A stretch of DNA of 64,000 nucleotides, taken from Phoronis australis. Lineage: Eukaryota; Animalia; Phoronida. How positions within the stretch are numbered: the first letter of the stretch is position 1; every line of letters begins with the position of its first letter. Position numbers and translations under genes: made by a program. The notes beneath the pieces are model-generated. The model ran no database searches, had not been told where the DNA came from, and saw only the letters and a program-made list of their open reading frames with translations. The stretch spans positions 347,144 to 411,143 of the forward strand of contig NMRA01000203.1 of assembly GCA_002633005.1 (NCBI GenBank). Direction: 5' to 3'. Positions 25,700-37,675 of this stretch are shown piece by piece.

Positions 25700-27850
25700 T
25701 TGTATTTCCCGTGCATACTACACAGACAGAGCAGGTCATGACTGACGCACCGACTTCAAAATAAGGTGCAACCTTGCAGTAGACCCGCGTACTCTAATTG
25801 ATCCACGGGAACTGAATTTGAACTCAAGGCGTTGAAGTGCGTACATTTTTGGGACGCACTCTGTAGCTTTTTCCCCAGCCACCAGAAACTGGACTATTGA
25901 CCGTGTTTGAACCGGTATTTTGAAACAGCCCAAAGGCACTATACCAAGGACCTCCGCAAGATGGACATGGAAAAACGCATTAATGGCAGTATGGGAATAC
26001 TGACTGCACCCATGGTTGAGACCATGTCAGGTGAATGAAATGGCATGCTGTGACAACAATTTACATAATTAGAGACTGTCTCAAGTAGTAACAAATTGCT
26101 AAAAATTTTGAAGCCCAATATCCACACCTATTTTATCAAGGTACAATTCGCGATCAATTTCGTATTAATGATACGTGGTCTAAATGAAAAGTTGGTTTTC
26201 GTGATCCAGAGGGCATGTTTATATCTACTTTAAATACCAGTAGAGCATAGAGTCTTTACAAGAGCAGACACAAACCTTTGATGCAGATTGTAAGGATGCA
26301 GGTGACAAAGAAGATAAGGACAAAGGTGAACAACAGCTCTCAATCCCTGCAAGATGACAATAGTGGCATTTGTAAGGAGACATTCAGTTCAAAATTCGTT
26401 CTGAGGCCTCTATACTGAAACCTCAGACCAGTATGTATGAAACTGACATAGTGACATTGAATAGACAGCAGGAATCATACAAAGGCTAATTTAGGAGAGA
26501 TGAGGGGCTCAGGTATGATTATTATCTCTTCCTGGTTCAAGTAATGTGCTTAGACCATTCAGACAGCAAGTAACATTTTTATTCTAGTCTAATATGGAAA
26601 TACAGAGAAAACGTGGCTATCAATAATTGAATAAGTTTCAGTTTAGCACACTTATTCTTTTTTAAAATTTAATGGAATAAGACAGACCAACTTACGGTTA
26701 CATGGGCATGTGTAGGTGCCCAGTCCTGTCATAACTGGAAAAAATAAAGCAAAACTAATTAGATATTCTCAAGTATAGCTATGTTGATCAAGACTCACCA
26801 CCCACAGTACTCATTACAACCAACAGGGATATGAGCTCTCTAATAAAGCTATTGGCATGGCCAAGTGAGGGACAGCGGGCAGCATGTCCCTAACACATCC
26901 TACAAACTTCTCCCACCAGGACAATTCTTTACACCAACTGCTACACTGCTTTGCTTGTTGAAATCAATCTACCATTCGCAAGTGCAAATTACTAATCATG
27001 GCGAGCATGAATCAGTAGGCTAGTATTAGTAAGTAGGGGTAACCCCGTGGCAACAAATCGCAGGACAAAAACTGAACATCTGATTGAATTGCCTCTCTTC
27101 AGAATGATTCGGGTCTGGTGTATGCCGACTGAGATCTGTTACCCAGTGAATGCTCTAAGCGTATATACGAGTCACTGAACATCTTACAAACGGCACTTAC
27201 TCTCAATACTGTAGTGGACCTTGTCCATCAAAACGAAAGCCTTGCAAAATGTGCGTGAGCTCGCGAACATTCAATCTTGTCCTCATGGTTTCCCACCTTT
27301 TGAATGTGAGTCGCTTAGGTACACGGTTTGTTGACAATGCCGCTTTTTGTACTGACTAACTCGTCTTTTTCCGAATCTCATAGAGCAGGACGACCGCGAT
27401 TGGCCTTCAGTTCGGCCGTACACTACTAGTCTCCGCCATTTGTATTTCAGTTGACCTCTGTGGCTGCGCGTGCGTTGTTTTAATGTTTACATGTATTTTA
27501 ATGACTATCCTTTTTATTCCTTTTACATATTTCATTCATTTGTAGTATTTACACTGATTTTTTCAAATTTTTTCACGTGTTGAAAGTTAATAACTATTTG
27601 AACTTTATGTCATACCAAAAACGGCTATAACGGCGTTAAGAGGTTTTTCTTCTAAAACTCGGACCATAGACATTTAAGAAGAAAGTTTCAGTTCCCTGGT
27701 TTTTGGATCAAATTTTAAACTCCCCATGATTGATAAATAAATTCTGCGCCATCACGTCGAATTATGTGTTGGTCTTCATGAGTTTTAACACTGCCACAGC
27801 ATTTTGCACCTGATTTTTTAATCTCACAGACATGTAGTCTAGGCTTTAGA
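25700..27850 (-). mobile_element. Degenerate intron-containing DNA transposon gene (Kolobok/MULE-like)
   Basis: ATG at about 27439, then a frameshifted GRP.L.DSEK...VYL.DSH..RW..MR..L motif resembling ZFP91/ZNF653-type N-termini found in transposon ORFs. Splice-like signals downstream and many stops. Confidence 0.35.
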
Positions 27851-28662
27851 TAGTGACATGTAGTTAATGTACCGATCCAAATATCGAGCACGCAGACAAA
27901 TTTATAAAGATGAACCTGCCGTCTGTTTAAATGGGCTAAAGCGTTTCAGTGAGGCCACTTCCAACAACTGCTCTCAACTGGCCCTTTACTTTGGGCTTAG
28001 GAAGACTCAGCAGTTCGTTATTGCTCGAAACCCTACTCTACGCATAAAATGACCTGCCGAGTAAAGTCTAGTTACTGAACCTGGTCTTATAAGTAAATAA
28101 CAAATTGTTTTTTAATTAAGTTGAGGCATATTTTAAAACAATTTTTAAACCTAATTTAGGTGGGCTTAGTTGCAGCACTATATCTAGACCCAGGAGCACA
28201 CGTTTTAACCCTATTAGATTATTAGAACGTGTTATAACGAAGCCATTAATACAGCTTAACCTTAGCGAAATCCGTAAGCTAAGAGAAAAATTCATATAAA
28301 TCCTCACTTGTCACGAACTGGAGCCGAATAATACTTTGCCGTTTTAGATTTGCCGCTAAGTCGGAAGTGAAAATGGAAAGGAACGAATAACAAATCCGTC
28401 TATTCGACTGGGCTAAGCGTACAGGGAGTAAGTTAACCCTGGTGAACAGTATAAACATAACACCGAACATCCAATATCAGAATAATTACTTAAAATTGCT
28501 AAACAGTAATTACCTTCGCAAGCCTTGAATAGATGAAATTGGCGTGACCAAAAGATTTTAAAAATATTGCGTCGAGCTCCTAACATCGCCGACATTCAGC
28601 TCATAGCCTAAACCTCACTACACCCACCCCCGTTTGCGTTTTCAACCGCGGAGGGGGGGGGN

Positions 28663-28760
28663 TGCTTTATACTGTATTGCTTTATACTGTATTGCTTTAT
28701 ACTGTATTGCTTTATACTGTATTGCTTTATACTGTATTGCTTTATACTGTATTGCTTTAT
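28663..28760. repeat. 15-bp tandem repeat, about 6.5 copies, cut at n
   Basis: (tgctttatactgtat)n. Confidence 0.95.
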
Positions 28761-30571
28761 GTGACATGTAATTATCATGCTAGAGCAAAATAAAAGTATG
28801 AAAAAGGGGGGTGGGGTATCGATTGCAAATTTTTGTCTCGTTTTTGAACATGTTTTGTCAAATAATTGACAATTGAAGTCAATTAAAATGGGATTATTTT
28901 CCGGGCGGGTGACAAATCGGTCAACTACCGAGGAAACTCCTGCGGTTGTCGTGTCTGGGCAGCAAAAATCAATCACAGGTGCACGTTATTGTAATTCAGG
29001 TGAGGAGCGCCCTGTTTTGAGATAAAAATGTTTTTGTTTGTAAAAACATAACCGTGCGTGAATGTTTTTCTTCGACTTTACTTATATTGGTAAAGATTTC
29101 CAAGTTTTTCAACTAGATTAACCCTTTGAGATAAGCACTCTAAGCCCAGTTGTAGCTAAGATGATACATGAGTTCAGTTACGTTTTTAAAAGCAGCGTCA
29201 TAAATCTATGTTTAACCCAAAATAATTTTTAGATTACATGCATGGTTCGCATCTACTTAACTTGGACCGGAATACTTTTTAATATATTTAGTATCCATTT
29301 TCATTTGTGATAGCAAGCACAAATTTTAATTACTTAATTGTCTTTCTGTGTTTTTGTTTTTGTGTGTTTGTCAGTGTTTTTGTTACTAGATCGTATTATA
29401 ATGTTATACCATAGGAATTGTTTCTTGTAATTTTGATATCAGTCATTAATTATCATAAGTGTTAATCCGTCTGCAAATAATGTCATCGATTTTCGGACAG
29501 AAATTGTATCATTTGCGGTTCACTTTCTTAAGATGAAACAAACAGTTATCAAGCAAATTAATTAAGAACATTTCAGCTGGACGAAAGCATTTCACTCACT
29601 ACCCAACAGAGGTCGCGCCAGTACAGTTTCACAGGAAAGAAATGAATCTTATCAGTCGACCACCTCCTGTAGATGGGTACAGTTGTGATCCCCGTTACGT
29701 AGGGTTTTAACTAGTTACGTCCGGCTGAAATATTTGTAAATAATCATATTCATGGACCTGGTGGTATCAATATCTTCATCAATTAATTGGTAGTCTATAT
29801 TCCCTCTTTATGACCCTCTTCGTACTGTGTGGAGCCGTCCCAGATACGACTGTCTTAGCAGCTGGCCCCACCGGCCACTTTTACGAAGTAAGACCCTAAA
29901 ATTTTGTTTACTACTTCATATTCAAAATCTGTATGAGCGTGATTGGGGATAAGAGTGATTTACACGGTAAGTAGCATTACATTTACATGTCATTTTTGGT
30001 AGTTGCAGTATTTGGAACCTGCACTCCTCATGTGCGCACCCAGCCTTTAATATGGGGGGCTCGAATTTCTGGCGATGTGCACCTTTTGCAGACAAAAAGC
30101 GGGAGGACTAAAAAAAACTAGGTACCACCTTCACTGTGCGTCTGTGCCTTTTTAGTGGAGTGTTGTCTCGTTTTCTCGGACTTTTTGTTTCTCTGAGGCG
30201 TACCTTTTTGACCATTTCGCCAAATGGGGGGGGGGGGGGNNNNNNNNNNNNNNNNNNGGTTGGAGCCCTCCGAGCCCTGCGCCTCCTGGGTGCGCGCATG
30301 CTTCTTGCATAAATCAATTTCAGTTAGTCAGTGCGTATTAGGCCTGCCAAAAGGTGAAATAAAGTAGCGTGCAATTCGATGGTATGGAACGATTAGCTTC
30401 AGACCCAATCGTAAAATATTTATATCAAACAACTACATGTAGACGACAAAAACAATTTGTTATAAGTCCATGACTACATTTTGGCTCCGATGCTGTTAAA
30501 ATTGTCACCATAGTAAATTAAAGTTTCCCCGCAGTCCAATTCGAACCAATCGAAAAACAAAACATTCGCTG

Positions 30572-31204
30572 TTAATTGTTTTGAACGCCTGCAATTTTGT
30601 TTTTCGTTTGAGGTTGGGGATCCAGTGGTGTAAGACCTTCTTTGTCACAATTTTTCTCCTTGGCCTCAACTTCGCCGTGTGTTCCAGACATTACCGGTTT
30701 CCTCATCCTTTTCTGCCTCAGTGGAGGAAGATGACCGCGACCGTGGTATGTATGTGCGTTACGCGGTCTCAACAAGTCGTTTTTAAGCAGAAAGGGTGCT
30801 TTCGTTGGGAGATTGACCGCGGAATTAGCCTCTATACACTGAGTCATCAACTCCGCGGCTGGGGTCAACTGCGCGTGATGGTGCATCTCGATCCGAGGCT
30901 GGATTACATTATAATCTTTTCCTGGAGATTCTTCGGGTTCTAGATCAATAACCTCTATGACCGTACAACCGACGTTCTTTACTCTATTACGAAGTCTTTC
31001 TTGCTCGTCCCTTGGATGTATCACCTCTGTTGGTTTGTCCTTCTCCCAAGCTTTGCATTTGGCCTCAAGTTTGTCACATGCTTTCAGTTTTGACTTCTTT
31101 GTTCTTTTCTCGTGTTTTCGTTTAGTTAAGGCTATTCTCTTTTTATGGCCGCCGCTCAATCGATCTTTTCCTTCCTCCCTGTTTTTCGCTAACGAATTCC
31201 CCAT
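30572..31204 (-). CDS. Intronless orphan ORF, 210 aa, basic and hydrophilic, Gly at position 2 (MGNSLAK...)
   Basis: 633-nt open frame in AT-rich DNA with gttATGG Kozak context. No transposon motif recognised. Upstream TATA and X-box-like motif. Confidence 0.6.
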   Translation of the reverse strand: MGNSLAKNREEGKDRLSGGHKKRIALTKRKHEKRTKKSKLKACDKLEAKCKAWEKDKPTEVIHPRDEQERLRNRVKNVGCTVIEVIDLEPEESPGKDYNVIQPRIEMHHHAQLTPAAELMTQCIEANSAVNLPTKAPFLLKNDLLRPRNAHTYHGRGHLPPLRQKRMRKPVMSGTHGEVEAKEKNCDKEGLTPLDPQPQTKNKIAGVQNN

Positions 31205-31320
31205 AACGACGATATTCACTAATAATTGAAATGTTTCGTTATCTTTGGCAAGGCGAAAAACACAATAGAAGATTTTTTTTTTCAGAAATAAGCCACCAAC
31301 TGCTGAACATCGCGCATTTG

Positions 31321-31347
31321 TTTATAATGAATGTTTCCCGTAGCGAC
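31321..31347 (-). promoter_or_regulatory. Candidate RFX X-box plus TATA box upstream of the orphan ORF
   Basis: Minus strand reads GTCGCTACGGGAAAC (31347-31333), fitting GTYRCY-N(0-3)-RGNAAC, then TATAAA (31326-31321), about 120 nt before the ATG. Confidence 0.45.
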
Positions 31348-32800
31348 ACTAGTAATGTCATCGACAACCCTTTGACTGAGTGAGCGGGAAACAAGTTTGT
31401 CCCGTTATTTAAAGAGGCCTGGAACGCGAAAAAACAGACTAAATTGCAATATTCAAAGTGGCTCTGAAACAGAACTCAATCTGTTCACCAGATATCAAAA
31501 CGTTTTTCTTTTAGTTTCAAATTTAAAAAAACGACATATCAACTGCTCGCCACTTCGTCGATTTTTCTACCACAAGGCAAAGCACGTCTCCTTATTTGGT
31601 ATGGTAATACACAGACGTAGCATATTTCCTTATATGAAAAGTGTGACCTTTGCTTTTGATGTAAACAAAAATAAATGCGACTTCCAGCCAGTCTGATTAA
31701 GAGATAATTGATTTAAGTCCTAACTCTTTAAAGATAGTTATAATGTATCATAGTATTCTTTTTACCTAAACAACTTTCAAGAATGAATTGACTCACCGGA
31801 GACAGCCCAAGAGTTATTATCTCTACGGCGAAGGATGTTACAGCTGTGTCTCCGATGAGTTGCCAGCAGTCACTGGTGCGGTGCGCGGCTGCATACGCTC
31901 TGCGGCTGGGTTTAAGATCTTTCATAGGCCTAACTATACCCAATATTCTAAATTTTGTGCTTGGAATCATTTTTTAAAAATTTGCTTACTTCATTGGCTT
32001 GCCTCATACTGTGCTCACGACTTCTAATTCGGAGTGTGACCACACATGATATCCGTCTTATCAGTCAGTAGCTTGTCGAATGACTGTGAGCGCATGCGCA
32101 CATTTATCATAAGTAGGAAGGAGATTAGAAACTCTGGTGTAACTATAGAGTTCTTCCTTTGCACGTATTTCTCAAATGATGAATAAGTGATTTTTTCTGG
32201 AAATTTCGTCACGGGGAAAGTGAATTACACGTGCTAGAAGCTGCGAGATGGTACTTTCGTCGCGAATTGTTTAAAAGATATTTTTGTCGAGTTTTCCGCC
32301 TTCCATGCCTCTTTAAAGTTTGTCGTTGAAACTGGATCAATTGACCAATTGCATCATGTGGCACGTTTCTAATGAACGTGCAAATTTGTACTCGAATCAT
32401 GCGGCGTGATTGGTTAATCTTAGGCTCTGGGTCCGATTTCAGTCTGAGATCAGAGATTACATCCTATTGGATTGGCAACAATTTCAGACTGAGTAAAATT
32501 GTCAATGATTTTCCCAGGTGATAGCATTTATTGGTAAAACTTCTTTACCAAATTTCCAAACCTGACCATGCATGGTAATAGAATTATCTTTCCGAAACTA
32601 ATACCAAGCAATTAGCATTTTGATCTACGTTATGAATGTTTTCGTTTCTGTAATTTAAAATTTAACGTGTAACCAAACCCACCTATTTCACCAGTTCATT
32701 GCCCGCGCTACATCACGACGCGTCAACAGTTTGTGACGTTTACATGTAATTTATCGATTAAGTTTACTGGCGGATTTAACTAGACAAAAGCGTCGTTGAA

Positions 32801-33381
32801 ATGCCTGTCCAAAACGCGTTTCAATGTCCCTTTTCTGAGAAGGGTCGTGAAATACTTGGAACAATAGCCGCCGTTATCAATGTGATATTAGTATTATCGG
32901 GTTGCGGAATTCTCATCGCTGGATGGTTCTACAACTATAAAATCGAGTCCAAGTTTGCTCTATTAGAAGGTTACAATGCTTATACGCTAGCGTTCATGCT
33001 GATGACGGAAGGAGCTTTTATGATGTTCATACATTCATTTGGTATGATCATAACATACGACTGCAGGTCCTACGTAACACGGAAAAAGTTGAAGAACGCG
33101 CTGTTTCCTTTCGTTTTGATTAGCTTTTGTTTTGGATGGGTTTTATTTGTATCTTTCATAATGTGTTTTGCTCACAAATCCGTCATAGAGAAAGCCTTCA
33201 ACTTGAGCCTTACCAATGCACTGCACGCGTACAAACTAACGAACAGCATCGAAATCAAAGCCAGCGTGGATCGACTTCAAATGGAATACCATTGCTGTGG
33301 TGCGGCAGCCTATACGGATTGGTTCACTACTAGCTGGATTAGCACTAATTGGCTCAATGTTTCAAATCCTAATGTTATCAA
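32801..33381 (+). CDS. Peripherin-2/ROM1 (RDS)-like tetraspanin, exon 1
   Basis: Three hydrophobic helices, then VDRLQMEYHCCG....TDWF...WI...WL, like PRPH2 IDMLQIEFKCCG...DWF..QWI..RYL. Donor AA|gtaagc, phase 2. Confidence 0.92.
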
Positions 33382-34040
33382 GTAAGCATTTAGGGTTGGG
33401 CCAAGCTGAAAACCGACCAAAATTATTAATCGTTTACCGTCAGCAGCCCCACCAGGCTAGACGAGAAAATCTTCTTAATCCAAGTTTCAAATAATTCATT
33501 TAAGGCGAATGCAGGCCACGTTTTTGTACTTTTGTGTCCCACAAGGTTCTGAAAAATGACATAAAAAACCGAAATTTTCATAGATACCAGTGCCCAGTTG
33601 CACGAAACAGTATCTGCATCTTCTGCATGTTTGCGGACTTGAGAAAACAATGATTGTCTTCCTTTTTCTGGTTTAGTTTCACTACTAACCACTTTTTGTA
33701 TTTGATGCAAATCGAGGCTGACCTCAACGTGGAATTCTCAATTTTCTTGAAAGCGATTGGAATCTTTTCATGCAACGCCCTTAACTTAAGGACCTTATAT
33801 ATATGTATTTTCATTGAACTTAGACCAGTTTTCAGTTGTATTATTAGAAAATGACACGTGTCAACTGAGGAGCTTATAATAAAGTATTACATCTGTGAGT
33901 AAAAAACGACACAAATACGCAAAAGATGTGGGGAACTTGGTTGAGTCCCTATTTGAAACTGTTTCGTGTATCCGGGCACTGGAGTCCCAATGGTCCTTCT
34001 TCCCTCATCAGTAACCCTTTTACCGTAAACTTTCTTTCAG

Positions 34041-34269
34041 GAGACTCAAGCAAGGAGAATTCTTTGTTGACGATGTTCCGTTCAGTTGTTGTGATATTGG
34101 CGTAGTAAAACCTTGTATACACCATGGCTTGACTGACAAAACCCGACACCGTCACTACGCCGGCCTATCAATTTACGAAGAAGGCTGCACCTCTGTTTTC
34201 CTGGACTATGCGATGACCAACCTCCTCATTCCCCTCGGTATTTCCATGTTGGTAGCGTGGTTGTTAGAA
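34041..34269 (+). CDS. Peripherin-like tetraspanin, exon 2
   Basis: Acceptor tttctttcag, donor gtgagt. Translates RLKQGEFFVDDVPFSCCDIGVVKPCIHHGLTDKTRHRHYAGLSIYEEGCTSVFLDYAMTNLLIPLGISMLVAWLLE (PxSCC, PC and GC motifs plus the start of TM4). Not in the ORF track. Confidence 0.92.
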
Positions 34270-34479
34270 GTGAGTCGTTTATTAAGCTTTCATTCTTCCA
34301 CCAACTAATACATGCAGATTGAACTTTGATATTCACTATCCTATGCGACAACCTGTGTTGTGACGGCAAAATGTCAGGAAAACAAGCAGATCTTTCCCAT
34401 CATGTAGTGGGCAGGCCGAGCGATCAGATGTTTTATGCAATTCGTTCCTGGCTTGTTTCCATATCAACTATATTCAACA

Positions 34480-35630
34480 CCGGTGATATTAAAGTTGAAA
34501 CTGGTCTGTTGGATTACTTCTTTGATTTTCTAGATATCCAGAGACCTGTCGTCTCCTTGGATGGAATGTTAACTGTGATGAATCGCAGGAACTCTGGTCA
34601 CTTTTGATCTTGAAACTGTTTCTATTCTCTCATTCTAGGATGAAGATAATTTAAGTCTGACTGTGGGGCTGTGATATAAATAGCCTCCTGCACACCTCTC
34701 TCGAACCATTTCTCTGCACAGGATCTCTACATTTCCATTGCTGAACTCATGATTATGTTCATGCAGATGATTATAGACAGCTGATGAGACTCCTTCCCAC
34801 GCAGCCGTTTTTTGGTTGGTTGCTTTGCCTCACCCACGTAAAACTCCTCACACTGTTCTCCTTCACAGTGAATAACATAGACACCCCTTTCACGTACGGG
34901 AAAGCAATCACAGTTTTAGGACGCTCACGAATGTTGCGCTCACCGGTACTGTCCTGTCTCCTGGTTACCCTAGAGATGGACCCTAGTGTTGCTACGCAAA
35001 ATGGTCCATCTGTAGGACCACCAGGAGACAGGAAAGAACCGGTGAGCGCAAGATCTGTAAGAGTCCTAAAACTGAGGCTGCTTTCCCGTACAGTGGAAGG
35101 GATTTATCAAAATACAACGAATGTGGCATCAATTTAATATCAGAGTGGCACATAAATCAGTTAAAACCCTGAAACAACTCATGGTGCACCCTGAAGAAAA
35201 GCAGAAAAAGGATTGTATTAGTGGGGTCGTCTATGGTATTCACTGCGAAGGAGCCCAATGTGAGGACTTTTATGTGGTCGAGACTGAACAACGGCTCAAG
35301 AAACGTGTGGATCAACATAGACGGACTGTTGGGGAAGGAATCTCATCAACTGTGTATAATCATCTGCATGAACATACTCAGTGCAGGGAAATGCACTGGT
35401 TTGAAAGAGGTGTGCAGGAGACTATTTATATCACAGCAGTAAACTAGGTAGCGCGAGATTATGTTCATCCTGGAACGAGAGTATAGAGGCAGTTTCGAGA
35501 TAACACGTGACCATAGTTCCCGCGATTCATCACAGTCAACATCCGCCCATCCAAGGAGGTGAGAGGTCTCCGAAGATCCAGGAATTCAAAAAAGACAAAA
35601 AAATTGAACACGAATTGACCAGTATAGTTG
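34480..35630 (+). mobile_element. Penelope-like element relic with an inverted copy of its 3' end, in tetraspanin intron 2
   Basis: GIY-YIG endonuclease peptide SGVVYGIHC...FYV.ET...LKKRVDQHRR...WFERGVQETIYI at 35121-35447. 34480-34890 is the reverse complement of 35220-35630. Confidence 0.82.
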
Positions 35631-35786
35631 GCTCTGCTGCTCACATCGTCACTGACAGGGCAAAAATCGTGCTCTCTTCTGTAGCACTGTATAGGAACAC
35701 ATAAAACTCGCTGCCGTAATTTCGTAAATTTTACGGTGGCTGTAAAAGGACGGCACTGCAACTTTTTTCTCCGTTGCTAACTCTAG

Positions 35787-35965
35787 AATTACTATCTCTA
35801 TGGATAGACTTACTTATCTCTATCAACAGTCTTACTATCTCTATCGATAGATTTACTAAGTAAACTCTATCGATAGACTTTCTTATTCTATCGATAGACT
35901 TAATAACTCTCTCGATAGACTTAATAACTCTGTCGATAGACTTAGTAACTCTATCGCTAGAGTAA
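35787..35965. repeat. Degenerate 20-22 bp tandem repeat with palindromic core ctatcgatag
   Basis: Repeated (t/a)actctatcgatagactt units. Confidence 0.8.
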
Positions 35966-36001
35966 CGATATCGAGGTTGCTACCTCGGTTTCAAATTAAA
36001 A

Positions 36002-36390
36002 ATGGAGGACGGAAACAAGCACGTTGTCAATTTATTCAAGCTAAGACTGACTCAAAATGAAATAATCATGTACACTTGCGTCGTTTTGAAGTGTCACTAA
36101 TCACAAGGCAATTGTGACGTGTTTTTGACGACACATAGACTTCGACATCCGCCGTAAAAATATGACTGACTTTTATGAAGTGATTCGTTTTGTTGAAGAA
36201 CAAGTCGTAGGTTCAGGTTAGATGCATGGTTACAGATTCGTGCATCAGAAGTGCGTAGCAAATGGTTTAACTGTACCATGAGAGACAATTTGGCGGTTAT
36301 TGTCATTGATCCTTCTTGAGTTGAAGCCAGACATAAACGGCTAGTTCGGAGGAGGTATGGAGTCCGCGGTGCGAATGCCGTTGGTCTCCC
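36002..36390 (+). mobile_element. IS3EU-like (integrase-core) transposase relic
   Basis: Translates GSG*MHGYRFVHQKCVANGLTVP*ETI..LL..IDPS*VEAR..RLVRRRY...GAN, the region preceding the WHxD integrase core. Contains stops. Confidence 0.55.
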
Positions 36391-36509
36391 GAGATAATTA
36401 AGTCAGGATCTCGAGATCCTGGAAGAATTAAAAAAGAAACGTGCAATGTCATCTTTGGGCCACCGTAGAGTAGGCATTCCAGGGCTAGAGTTCTATTGTT
36501 AAACGCGAG

Positions 36510-36970
36510 GCTTTATTATGCGCCCACATATTTATATGTAGACTCATTATGCCGTCATTTCCGTCCGTCCGTCAGTCCGTCCGTCCGGCGTCCGCCTGCT
36601 CTATCTCCAAAACTCTTTGATGCATGTTCATGAATTTTTGCACATATGTTCCTTTTATGGATGGGACGGCATCAGCGAACTTTCGGACGGATCCGACTAC
36701 CGGTGGCAATTTTAATTTTTACGTTTACCTCTGTATCTTCGAAGCTCCTCGACGTATTTTCATACAAGTTGACGCTATCCGCCTGTAGTTTGTGCCACCT
36801 AGTGGCCATTTTTGTTGTTTTCGAGTCTGTTTTTGTTTGGCGTCCACCTCTCTATCAACCAAACCGCTCTAAGGATGATTGTGAAAATTGGCATGTATGT
36901 TCTTACTGTGAAGAGGACGGCTGACGCTGATTTTCCGACGACTTCGGCTACTGTGGCTCTTTCAATTAAA
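36510..36970 (+). mobile_element. Helentron/DINE-1-like repeat
   Basis: Starts tttattatgcgcccacat, then a (gtcc)n microsatellite. The body is the reverse complement of about 6150-6600. Confidence 0.7.
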
Positions 36971-37494
36971 AAAGCGATGGCATGTTCCCGTTTTCAGATG
37001 GATTAGTCGTTGGGCCACCTAGAGGCCATTTAAACAACCCTAGAAGATTACCTTTTGCGGTGCATTCGGGGGCGCATTTAAACGCTCCGCGTTGCTCGTG
37101 TGTATGTATGCGCTGTCTTGTGAAGAGCTCGGATTGCAGTGGCAGACTGCTGTTTTGATTGAGTGTACTCTTGACAACCACAATTGCAACAACCGTATGC
37201 GGCAAGCACGGATGAACATTTCAATTTTAAAACGCTTTTTAAGTTTCTGTAGGTTCAAATCTTTTTGATATACTTTTGAGTATAAGTGTTAAAACACACT
37301 TTGTTCTAGTGACGTGATCTTTTTGACTAAAGTGATTGAAGGAGAAAGAAACAAAATATAGAAAAACGCGATATCTGTAGTTGTCTACGAATTTCGGTTT
37401 ATAATTTGATACCATTTGCTAAAGAAACGAAAAGTGTTGGGACCTTCTCTCGTGCCATTGACGGTAATGAATTCCTTTGCTGGAACTACTTTAG

Positions 37495-37675
37495 GTGGCC
37501 GAGTTTTGTCTTTCACGATATCTTCAAACTTCCATCGACAACCTTTGGCACTACTCTCCTGGTAACCCCTGCGGTGTATCACCAGGATATTTAGTAAAAT
37601 ACTTGGTGAGCACTATGGAGCTGTTGGCCAGCACAGCTCCACCTGGTTTCCAAGAACCTCTTTCAAGCACCAACG
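37495..37675 (+). CDS. Peripherin-like tetraspanin, exon 3
   Basis: Acceptor ctactttag, donor G|gtaagc. Translates VAEFCLSRYLQTSIDNLW...GYLV, containing the peripherin signature RYLQTS and G(Y/W)L. Confidence 0.88.

Noticed and set aside
31788-32027. Plus-strand peptide YLYGEGCYSCVSDELPAVTGAV resembling a tetraspanin EC2 end
   Set aside because: No splice signals or following TM helix. Likely coincidence.
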